The position numbers and the translations under genes are program-made. Under the pieces are notes generated by a model. It saw only the letters and a program-made list of their open reading frames with translations. It had not been told where the DNA came from and made no database searches. DNA of 64,000 nt, from positions 36,880 through 100,879 of the IMG/VR virus record IMGVR_UViG_3300010885_052266. One strand, given 5' to 3'. The stretch comes from a virus. Shown here piece after piece: positions 8,716 through 16,273 of the stretch (position 1 is the first letter of the stretch; the number at the start of each line of letters is the position of its first letter).

Positions 8716-8731
8716 GTCTGGGAGGAAAACA

Positions 8732-8989
8732 ATGGAAAGAATACCAATGGTTCCGCCGTGGCGGGCCTATGTCTGGTCGACACCAGGAAGTACTGGCCTT
8801 GCGACAGTTATCGCCGAGATCAAGGCCGGTCCTATCACGGTCCAGTATGAAGTCAGGTGGGCAGACGGATGCACGGACTGCTTTGATCCGAGTGAAATCC
8901 AGCCCGCACCCAACGTATTTCCCTGGGGGCCAGTCGCCAGACTCCCCCTCTTTGAATCAGGAGAAGATCGTGTCACTGCCGCTTCATGA
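8732..8989 (+). CDS. Small hypothetical protein
   Basis: RBS GGAGG; YEVRWADG. Confidence 0.6.
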   Translation: MERIPMVPPWRAYVWSTPGSTGLATVIAEIKAGPITVQYEVRWADGCTDCFDPSEIQPAPNVFPWGPVARLPLFESGEDRVTAAS

Positions 8990-9320
8990 CGTTTTGCGCC
9001 CATTCGTGGAAGAGAATGACTTACTGTCAGTGCGGGCACTGACAATCCTGAGTTGGATCGTGGCGAACAGCGACGAACCCGAGAAGCGCACGGTCCGGGC
9101 CATCCACGGCGAATTCGGCATCCCGAAGCCGTCTGTGACCCGGGTGATGGATGCGCTGTTCCCCGTCTATGCAACGCGCGTGCCTGATCCGTCGGATCGA
9201 CGCTCGGTGCTGTGCCAGGCCACGCCCGTAGGCAGGCAGCTGATGGGCGCCCCTCCCGGTTCCGACGAGAGGGAAAGGACCCGCCCGAAGAGCCGCTCGG
9301 GGCAGGGGGCCGCGGTATGA
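8970..9320 (+). CDS. MarR-like winged-helix regulator
   Basis: GTG start after AGGAG; TVRAIHGEFGIPKPSVTRVMDAL...RVPDPSDRRSV...TPVG. Confidence 0.8.
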   Translation: MSLPLHDVLRPFVEENDLLSVRALTILSWIVANSDEPEKRTVRAIHGEFGIPKPSVTRVMDALFPVYATRVPDPSDRRSVLCQATPVGRQLMGAPPGSDERERTRPKSRSGQGAAV

Positions 9321-9976
9321 GGCTCCTGATCGCCAAGGAGCTTGCCGCCGAGCGGGAAGCCGCCCTCAAGCGTGCCCCGACCATGAGGCTCCTGATCGAC
9401 ACCGCCGGCACCGGAATTCAGAACTGGAAGCTGGACCGGCACCACCCCGATCAACCCTACCTGACCAGGCTGACTCTGCTCAGCGACGATCCGAGCGTCA
9501 CGCTGCCGATCTGCTCGCTGACGATGGCGCCGGTCGCCATCGATGAAGAGGCCCGGGCGTTCTACGGGATCAGCGACGAGGACCTCGCCGAGCGGGGCGA
9601 CCATGCGGGGGAAGTCTTTGCCGGCTTCCTCCACCAACTGGCGAAAGCTGACTCCGTCGCGGGATACTCGGTCAATTCCCACAAGCGCCTGCTCGACCGC
9701 ACCGCGCGTCACCTGGGCCTGCCCGATATCCCGTGGCCGCACAGCATCTGCCTGATGCAGCACGCCGCGCCGATCGTGCAGGTCCGCCGGGAGCGCGGGC
9801 GCTGGGTCTGGCCGAAGATGGAAGTTGCCTACCGGCACTTCGCCGGTACCAACCTGCCGCGCCCGTCTGACCCGCTCCAGGCGGGGATCGAGCTGATCAA
9901 GGCGGCTGGCGTGATCAATGCCGGGATCGAGGCGCACGGAACCGGCGCTCCGCCGGCGGGAGGCGACGGTGGATAG
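9317..9976 (+). CDS. DnaQ/DEDDh 3'-5' exonuclease-like protein with degenerate active site
   Basis: LLIDTAGTG...QPYL...FYGISDE...ICLMQ...WPKMEVAYRHF; ancestral start probably 9383. Confidence 0.65.
   Translation: MRLLIAKELAAEREAALKRAPTMRLLIDTAGTGIQNWKLDRHHPDQPYLTRLTLLSDDPSVTLPICSLTMAPVAIDEEARAFYGISDEDLAERGDHAGEVFAGFLHQLAKADSVAGYSVNSHKRLLDRTARHLGLPDIPWPHSICLMQHAAPIVQVRRERGRWVWPKMEVAYRHFAGTNLPRPSDPLQAGIELIKAAGVINAGIEAHGTGAPPAGGDGG
9333..9385 (+). repeat. 53-bp exact direct repeat; second copy at 10311-10363
   Basis: ccaaggagcttgccgccgagcgggaagccgccctcaagcgtgccccgaccatg at both sites. Confidence 0.92.
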
Positions 9977-10265
9977 TGCCACAACGGCTACCGCGCTCGA
10001 TCGCCTTACGCCCGAGCAAATGGCGCGCGTCGAGGAAGCCCACGCTTTGGCCACCGTTGTCCTGGAACTTCTGAAGCCACTCACCAGGGCCGATCCGAGA
10101 TCTCTGTTGGCGGTTTTGACGGTCGTGCTCGCCAACGTCGCGACATGGGTTCCGAACGCCACACCGGAGACCGACAAAGAGATGATGGACATCCTCGTGG
10201 CCAATGTCCATGCGACGTTGGCGAACGCTCGGCTCGAAGTAGCGCCACCGGCGGGGAACGCGTGA
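9969..10265 (+). CDS. Hypothetical protein
   Basis: GTG start after GGAGG, overlapping the upstream gene. Confidence 0.55.
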   Translation: MDSATTATALDRLTPEQMARVEEAHALATVVLELLKPLTRADPRSLLAVLTVVLANVATWVPNATPETDKEMMDILVANVHATLANARLEVAPPAGNA

Positions 10266-10468
10266 TGGCTGAGCGGGTAGCTGATGACTTCGCCCACATC
10301 GCGGCGCGGACCAAGGAGCTTGCCGCCGAGCGGGAAGCCGCCCTCAAGCGTGCCCCGACCATGGGCGACACGTGCCGGCATTGCTCGGTCGGTTCCCTGA
10401 CTTATCGGTCCGGAAAGCTGGTCTGCGATCGGTGCAGCCTCGACCCGGATGGAGGCCGGCATGGCTGA
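10265..10468 (+). CDS. Small zinc-ribbon protein
   Basis: CRHC...CDRC; TGATG coupling. Confidence 0.6.
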   Translation: MAERVADDFAHIAARTKELAAEREAALKRAPTMGDTCRHCSVGSLTYRSGKLVCDRCSLDPDGGRHG

Positions 10469-10580
10469 CGGCAGCAAGATCGAATGGACCAACGCGACCT
10501 GGAACCCCGTCACGGGATGCACCATCGATGCGGCCCATGAGCGGGTCGCGGCCCGACGGGGCCGGCGGGGGATGCCATGA
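10461..10580 (+). pseudogene. Truncated Gp37Gp68/DUF5131 remnant
   Basis: MADGSKIEWTNATWNPVTGCT, then unrelated sequence and stop after 39 codons. Confidence 0.75.
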
Positions 10581-10671
10581 CTTTCAGTGGTGACGCACAA
10601 GCCGACCTCTGCCGACTACTCGGAAACGGCTGCTGGCCTCGCGTGATCCTGACCACGCCTTTCGTGCTCGT

Positions 10672-11628
10672 ATGGGCGGTTCTCGCCGGGATCCGATTGG
10701 CAGGCAGGTGCGCGGGTTCGCTCTACGGCATGACGCGAGACGTCCAATGATACCGCCAGGCGCTGAAACACTCTTGCCGAACGCGCTGCTGATCGTGGCT
10801 GCGATCGATGCGGGACAACTCACTGGCTCACATTATAGCCAAATGAGCGACGAAATCGGAGGCGCGATCCACAAGAACGCGGCGTGGGTCCGACGTCACG
10901 GCAAGCCGATCGACTCGGAGCTGCGCAATTGCGCAGCTCCGCAATGGGCCAATCTGAGCCCTCGCAGCTACTGCTCTCTGCGGCTAGATGGCATCATGCT
11001 GGCTCGCCTGCTCCGTTCGGCTGAGCCCAACGAGCAACCTCTGCAGGGTTGCAGGTGGTGTGGAACCAGCCGCGGGCCGGTAGGCGATATCTATGGGTGT
11101 CGCCAACTATACTCGTGTGGCTCGGTTCAGCAGTGGTGTCCGGACCAGGTCCCCGGCCTGCCGAAGCCTGAAATCCCACCAAGGCTGCGCTCGGCTCAGC
11201 ACCAAGGCGTTTGGTTCCGAGCGTTTCCTTGTTCCAAGCTGCAACGGTCATTCGATCGGCCCAACGTCACCAGCGACGGCGTTGAACCGATTCCCGGCAT
11301 GCTGGTCGACCTGAACAGGGGAAGCGGCGCCTATGGCCTCTACCAGACAGGGACCGTCCTTGCCTCAGCGTCCGGCACGGCGCTGGTCTCTTGGCCTGAC
11401 CTGCCCGCCGATATCGTCGAGACCAGCCAGCTCATCACGCCCGGCGCCAAGGATAACACCGGGCTGACCGACTACCAGGCCAAGGTCTGCGCCGCGATCC
11501 GAGACGGCCGATTGGTTCTGACCAACGAAGGCGGCGTGCAGGTCGGTCGGATCGATGGCGCCAAGATTTGCGCCGATGCCCTTGCCGTGATGCGGGAGCG
11601 GGGCTTCCTCGCCGGGCTTGAGTCATGA
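10672..11628 (+). CDS. Hypothetical protein with Cys motifs (start may be 10747)
   Basis: Long ORF; stop overlaps the next start. Confidence 0.55.
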   Translation: MGGSRRDPIGRQVRGFALRHDARRPMIPPGAETLLPNALLIVAAIDAGQLTGSHYSQMSDEIGGAIHKNAAWVRRHGKPIDSELRNCAAPQWANLSPRSYCSLRLDGIMLARLLRSAEPNEQPLQGCRWCGTSRGPVGDIYGCRQLYSCGSVQQWCPDQVPGLPKPEIPPRLRSAQHQGVWFRAFPCSKLQRSFDRPNVTSDGVEPIPGMLVDLNRGSGAYGLYQTGTVLASASGTALVSWPDLPADIVETSQLITPGAKDNTGLTDYQAKVCAAIRDGRLVLTNEGGVQVGRIDGAKICADALAVMRERGFLAGLES

Positions 11629-12053
11629 AGCCGACGAACGCTGGCCGCTCGCTCGGAAATGTTCTGCAACGCGAGGCGCGCTTCAGGGCGTCTGGCCAAT
11701 GGCCGGCCTGGCGCTGGCAGGACTTGCCCGACGGCGTCCCCGGTGCCTCGGGCTGGTCGGCCGATGTCAGGCGGGTCGCCGAGAACGGTGTGTTCGTTGT
11801 CCTCGTCCGGGACCTGGACGCCGGGCCGTTTGGCAAGCTCCAGCACGCCATGATCAGAACGACGTCGGCGACCGAGGTCACATGGCGCGAGAAGCAGCGG
11901 ATCAAGGACGAGCTGTTCGGCCGGGAGCGCACCGCGATCGAGGTGTTCCCACCGGTCAGCGAGCTGATCGACGAAGCCAACGCCTACCACCTCTGGGTGT
12001 TCCCGCCCGGCACGCTGCTGCCGTTCACCCTGGCGAGGCGGCCTGCACAGTGA
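11625..12053 (+). CDS. Conserved phage hypothetical protein
   Basis: WREKQRIKDELFGRERTAIEVFPP.SELIDEANAYHLW. Confidence 0.7.
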   Translation: MKPTNAGRSLGNVLQREARFRASGQWPAWRWQDLPDGVPGASGWSADVRRVAENGVFVVLVRDLDAGPFGKLQHAMIRTTSATEVTWREKQRIKDELFGRERTAIEVFPPVSELIDEANAYHLWVFPPGTLLPFTLARRPAQ

Positions 12054-12301
12054 CGGCGTGCGCTTCCCTGCTGTGCGATGCCTGTGCCCATCCCGGTCGG
12101 TGCTGCACGGGCTTTGAACTGAATGGCGGCTCGTTCGGCGCCGGCGAGACTGCACTGGAGATGCTGGTGCGCATGGCAACAATCACGACCGCCACGAACG
12201 CGGATGGCAACCCGGCCGTGGTGCTCGGCAAGCAGCCCCTGCCTCAACCCCTACGACCGCGATCGCTGCCACCGCGCGGTCCTGATGGAGCTTGCAAACC
12301 G

Positions 12302-13291
12302 ATGAGCGAAGATCCGAAGCCAATCTATCTGCCGAGTCGGCTCCACTTCGCCGATCTGCCGGGCACAGTCAGCCTCGACCCGGGGAACGTCAAATTCCTT
12401 TGGCTGGGACCGACCATACCGGTTCCGGCCGGACCATACAGGCGCCCTATCCTGGGAGACGAGCCACTCCCGACTCCCCTGGCGACTCCCCTGGCGCCGC
12501 AAGCGGAAGCAGGGACAGTGTCCCAACCGCCGGTCGCGTCCGGGTTGGTCACGGATGCTCCGTCGAGCCAAGGCGCGGTGGCGACATCGGCCGATCCGGC
12601 CTCGTCCAACCCAGTGCCCGACTTTCCCGTCGAGACGTCGCCGCCTGTCGCAACCCCGGTCCCGGCGCCACTGCCCGGTCTGGAAGCCGCGATCCGTGCC
12701 TGCGCCCCGCGCCTGACCGATGCGCAGATCGCGTCCTGGGTCGACGCGCTGACGGAGACTCTGCGGCGCAACCGCATCGACACGCCGCGCCGGATTGCCG
12801 CGTTTGTCGGCCAGTGCGCGCATGAAAGCGGCGGCTTCACGGTGATGCAGGAAAACCTGAACTACCGCGCCGAACGCCTGTATCAGGTCTGGCCGGCACG
12901 GTTTCCGAACCTTGCGGCGGCGAACGAGTGCGCGCGCAACCCGGAACGGTTGGCCAACCGTGTCTATGCAAACCGTATGGGCAACGGCGATGAGGCTTCA
13001 GGCGATGGCTGGCGCTTTCGCGGTCGTGGCCTGATCCAGTTGACCGGTCGATCCAACTACCAGCGCTTCGCCAACAGCCTGGGCTGCACCATCGAGGAAG
13101 CGGCCCAGCGCGCCGAAACGCCGCGGGGCGCCGGGGAAAGCGCGGCGTTCTTCTGGTCGGCCAACAGCCTGAATACCCTGGCCGATGCCTGGTCCATCGA
13201 CGCCATGACCCGCAAGATCAATGGCGGCACCGCGGGCGCGGCCGAACGCCGCCACCTGTGCGACGCCGCCCTCGCCGCCATCGGAGAATAG
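12302..13291 (+). CDS. Glycoside hydrolase family 19 endolysin with P/A/S-rich N-terminal region
   Basis: RIAAFVGQCAHESGGF, ENLNY, ANRVYANRMGNG, GDGWRFRGRGLIQLTGRSNY, TRKINGG. Confidence 0.9.
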   Translation: MSEDPKPIYLPSRLHFADLPGTVSLDPGNVKFLWLGPTIPVPAGPYRRPILGDEPLPTPLATPLAPQAEAGTVSQPPVASGLVTDAPSSQGAVATSADPASSNPVPDFPVETSPPVATPVPAPLPGLEAAIRACAPRLTDAQIASWVDALTETLRRNRIDTPRRIAAFVGQCAHESGGFTVMQENLNYRAERLYQVWPARFPNLAAANECARNPERLANRVYANRMGNGDEASGDGWRFRGRGLIQLTGRSNYQRFANSLGCTIEEAAQRAETPRGAGESAAFFWSANSLNTLADAWSIDAMTRKINGGTAGAAERRHLCDAALAAIGE

Positions 13292-13292
13292 A

Positions 13293-13946
13293 ATGTTTGC
13301 AGCATTACTGCCGCTTGTCCTGAGCCTGGCCCCGCAACTCGCGGGCATGATCTTCGGATCGAAAGGCGGAGAGGCCGCCGATCAGGTCCTTGGCATCGTC
13401 AAGACCGTGGTCGGCGTCGATCCAACAACATCGGAAGGCGCCGCCGCCGCGGTCGCCGCCATCCAGGGCAACCCCGATGCGGCGCGGGAGTTGCAGACGA
13501 GGCTCGGGGAACTGCATCTGCGCATGCTGACCGAGCAGAACCGGGAACAGGACCAACAGCGCGAGGACGCCCTGAAGGAGCTGCAAAGACGGTTGACCGA
13601 TGTGGGGTCCGCGCGGTCCCATACAATCGCCCTGGCCGGAACGAACAGTCCACTGGCGTATGGCAGCATGATCCTGTCGGGTTTCATCCTGATCGCCTTT
13701 TCGATCATGCTGTACGTGGTACTGACCAGCCAAATGCCGCAGGACAACGCCGCCTTGGCCAACGTCCTGCTGGGCACCTTGGCCGCCATGGCAACCCAGG
13801 TCGCCAATTACTGGTTGGGATCGAGTTCAGGCAGTGCGGCAAAGAACTCGGCATTGGCCGGGGCGCATAATGCGCTGGCCAACAGCGTGCCGGCCGATCT
13901 GGCGCGCTCGGTCGGCCCCAGCGAGCCGCCCGGTCGGTTCCAGTAA
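13293..13946 (+). CDS. Holin-like membrane protein
   Basis: Follows endolysin; N-terminal hydrophobic segment, coil, two TM helices, YWLGSSSGS motif. Confidence 0.7.
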   Translation: MFAALLPLVLSLAPQLAGMIFGSKGGEAADQVLGIVKTVVGVDPTTSEGAAAAVAAIQGNPDAARELQTRLGELHLRMLTEQNREQDQQREDALKELQRRLTDVGSARSHTIALAGTNSPLAYGSMILSGFILIAFSIMLYVVLTSQMPQDNAALANVLLGTLAAMATQVANYWLGSSSGSAAKNSALAGAHNALANSVPADLARSVGPSEPPGRFQ

Positions 13947-14176
13947 ACGTCGCGGGAAATTGCGCCCCGGTTCGCACCGGCTGAGTCCGATGCACGGCAG
14001 TCGGTTCGTCGTTTGGGAGAGATTTACTGGCGTCAGGCGACGCTCAAGCATTACCGCATCGGGGGACGGTGGCGGCTACCTAGCGACGGTGGCGGCAGCG
14101 AAGAAGCTGCACCAGATCGCGCCGCTTCAGTTGGTGCGGGCCCTCGGACCGGCGACGGGATGGTACCGGCCAGTGT

Positions 14177-14254
14177 GCGAGCTTCGCTGGCCACCCTTTG
14201 ATGAATCCCCACACGGCGAGCTTCGCTGGCCGCCTTTTGATGACCTCTTACACG
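14177..14254 (+). repeat. Imperfect tandem repeat, 39-bp period
   Basis: gcgagcttcgctggcc(a/g)cc(c/t)tttgatga...acacgg twice. Confidence 0.8.
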
Positions 14255-14270
14255 GGAAGGAACCCTGATA

Positions 14271-15368
14271 ATGGACGACGTATCAGACGATATGCGAGAG
14301 ATTTTCCAGGCGGCCGGGATGTCGGAAGACCAGGCCGATGATTTGCTAAAAGCCGCTGAGATGCTCGTGGGGGGGGATGGCCGATTGCTCGTGAAGCCAT
14401 GGCGGCTGACGCCAGAGGCGACACGGAAGGCACTTCTGGAAGAACAGGTGTCGACGGAGCTCGGCGGCGCGTGGGAAGATCAAGACGACACGGAAGAGGC
14501 CACACAGGCCGGCCTGGAAAGCGCGATTACTCTGCTCAGGCAGGGGCGACTCATCTGGCTGGACGAGGTGCCGCCGCTTGATGTGCTGGAGCGGGAATCG
14601 GGCCGCGGACAACAGATGTTTTTTGATGGCTTCATTCGCCATCCCTTTCAGGACGGCTATATCCTGGCGTTCAACAACAGCAGCTTTAACCGCGAAAACG
14701 CGGCAGGCATGAAGGAATTTGCAGAGGTATTCGAGAAGCTAGGCGTCACCGACGCCGCTAGCGGTCACGTCATGGTGATCGAGCCACGGGCCGCCGAAAA
14801 GGATGACCTCGGTCCGCCGAAAGTCGACGTATTCGCTTTTGCCGCGATGGAAGTACAGGGGGAGAAGTTACTCACGCCGTCCGTGGAATTCATATTTCAT
14901 GTGACGAAAGACGGTCTCAAGGCCGAAGACCCGGACGGCCTTGATGACGCCTTCCTCGAACCGCAGCAGCGTTTGGCTGTGAACCACCTGCGTCACCAAT
15001 GCTCGCACATGCTGTTCTATGGGTTGATGATCTTGAATACCGAGTTCGTGCCAATCGAGGCCGTGCCAGCCCCTGAGAAGCTCAACAAGCAACGGGTTAA
15101 AAGTGGAAAGGACCCACTGCCTGGCTTCACCAAAGTCCACACCGAAGACTACATCACGGCTCTGACCGGCAAACCCAAGGCGCGATCCGAGGATGCGCAG
15201 GGCGGAACGCACGCCTCCCCTGTCCCGCATCTGCGCCGCGGCCATCGTCGATGGCTGGACGCCGAGCATACCCGCTCGACATGGGTTAGGGATTCGCTCG
15301 TCAACGTCCGCAAGCAGGTGTTCGGCGACCGGACGCGGTCATTTTACGACGCCAGTAAGCTGCATTGA
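14271..15368 (+). CDS. Phage hypothetical protein with C-terminal SPxPHxRRGH motif
   Basis: PEKLNKQRVKSGK...GGTHASPVPHLRRGHRR. Confidence 0.7.
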   Translation: MDDVSDDMREIFQAAGMSEDQADDLLKAAEMLVGGDGRLLVKPWRLTPEATRKALLEEQVSTELGGAWEDQDDTEEATQAGLESAITLLRQGRLIWLDEVPPLDVLERESGRGQQMFFDGFIRHPFQDGYILAFNNSSFNRENAAGMKEFAEVFEKLGVTDAASGHVMVIEPRAAEKDDLGPPKVDVFAFAAMEVQGEKLLTPSVEFIFHVTKDGLKAEDPDGLDDAFLEPQQRLAVNHLRHQCSHMLFYGLMILNTEFVPIEAVPAPEKLNKQRVKSGKDPLPGFTKVHTEDYITALTGKPKARSEDAQGGTHASPVPHLRRGHRRWLDAEHTRSTWVRDSLVNVRKQVFGDRTRSFYDASKLH

Positions 15369-15379
15369 GTAGGACGGGA

Positions 15380-15412
15380 GGCGAGGCCGGCTCCACCTGA
15401 GCCGGCCTCGCC
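15380..15412. terminator. Hairpin between the convergent arms
   Basis: GGCGAGGCCGGCTC-cacct-GAGCCGGCCTCGCC. Confidence 0.6.
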
Positions 15413-15511
15413 CTAGCATCAGGAGCGGCGCGGTGGCGTCTTTTTCACCGTGGCCTTATCGGCCCCACTGGCCGTATCCGTCTCCGTTGCTGCGGCCTCG
15501 GCGGCCGGCGT

Positions 15512-15886
15512 TTACGCAGTCTCCTCCTCCGCCGGCGCGACGACAGGCGCCTCGGTCGAGGCGCCCTCGATCGCATCGATCAAAGCCATCACCCCGCTCG
15601 ACGCCACGGTGAAGTTCACCTTGTCCAGACGCATCCGCAGGTATTCGTAGTCCGCATCCTCCAGCGCGAGGTGCGTCTGGCCAAGCTGGGCGTCGAGGGT
15701 GTTCAGGACACGCATCGCGCTGCGCACGCCCTGGACATTCATGCCGTTCGGGTCGAACTGGCACATGTTCCTGATGTGCTCCGCAAAGACGACATCCGGG
15801 TGAATCACCGCTTCGCCTTTGTCGGTAAAGCCCCGGATCGCCCCGCTCGGGACCGTCTTCAGTTCGATGTATTTCATGCCTGCCAT
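15512..15886 (-). CDS. Hypothetical protein, end of tail operon
   Basis: MKYIELKTV...HLALEDADYEYL; start uncertain. Confidence 0.6.
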   Translation of the reverse strand: MAGMKYIELKTVPSGAIRGFTDKGEAVIHPDVVFAEHIRNMCQFDPNGMNVQGVRSAMRVLNTLDAQLGQTHLALEDADYEYLRMRLDKVNFTVASSGVMALIDAIEGASTEAPVVAPAEEETA

Positions 15887-15950
15887 CCATGATTTGTGAC
15901 ACGGCACAGGGAAATGTGGGCGGTCGCCGGGTCAAAGGGCTCGGACGGAG

Positions 15951-16271
15951 TCAGCCCTCCTCGGCGCCGACGAACTGAGGCATGTCAGCGATCACCTGAT
16001 ACAGCGCGCCGCGCGGGTCGGCGGACCACGGCACGATGGCCCCGGCAAGGTCTTCCATCGGAATGCCTATCACCCTGGTGTCGACGTGGTCCTTCTTGTC
16101 CATCCTGGCCGCCTGGTTCATGTATCCGAGCAGGGTGACCCGGACCACGCCGGTCTTTTCGACCCCGTCCAGCTCGAACGCCTCATCGTAGTTCCAGTGC
16201 GCCGTTTCGATCCTCCAATACTGGAGTGTCATCCCTGTCCGCTGGTATTCGAGGGCCTTCAGAAGTGCCAT
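15951..16271 (-). CDS. Hypothetical protein, possible fibre-associated chaperone
   Basis: Directly after the fibre gene; TGMTLQYWRI. Confidence 0.6.
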   Translation of the reverse strand: MALLKALEYQRTGMTLQYWRIETAHWNYDEAFELDGVEKTGVVRVTLLGYMNQAARMDKKDHVDTRVIGIPMEDLAGAIVPWSADPRGALYQVIADMPQFVGAEEG

Positions 16272-16273
16272 GG

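Noticed and set aside
9333-10363. Diversity-generating retroelement TR/VR pair (also considered for the tape measure duplication)
   Set aside because: Copies are identical with no adenine-specific mismatches, and no reverse transcriptase is present
11618-12049. N-terminal part of the 557-aa ORF as part of the endolysin
   Set aside because: It overlaps the better-supported 11625-12053 gene in another frame
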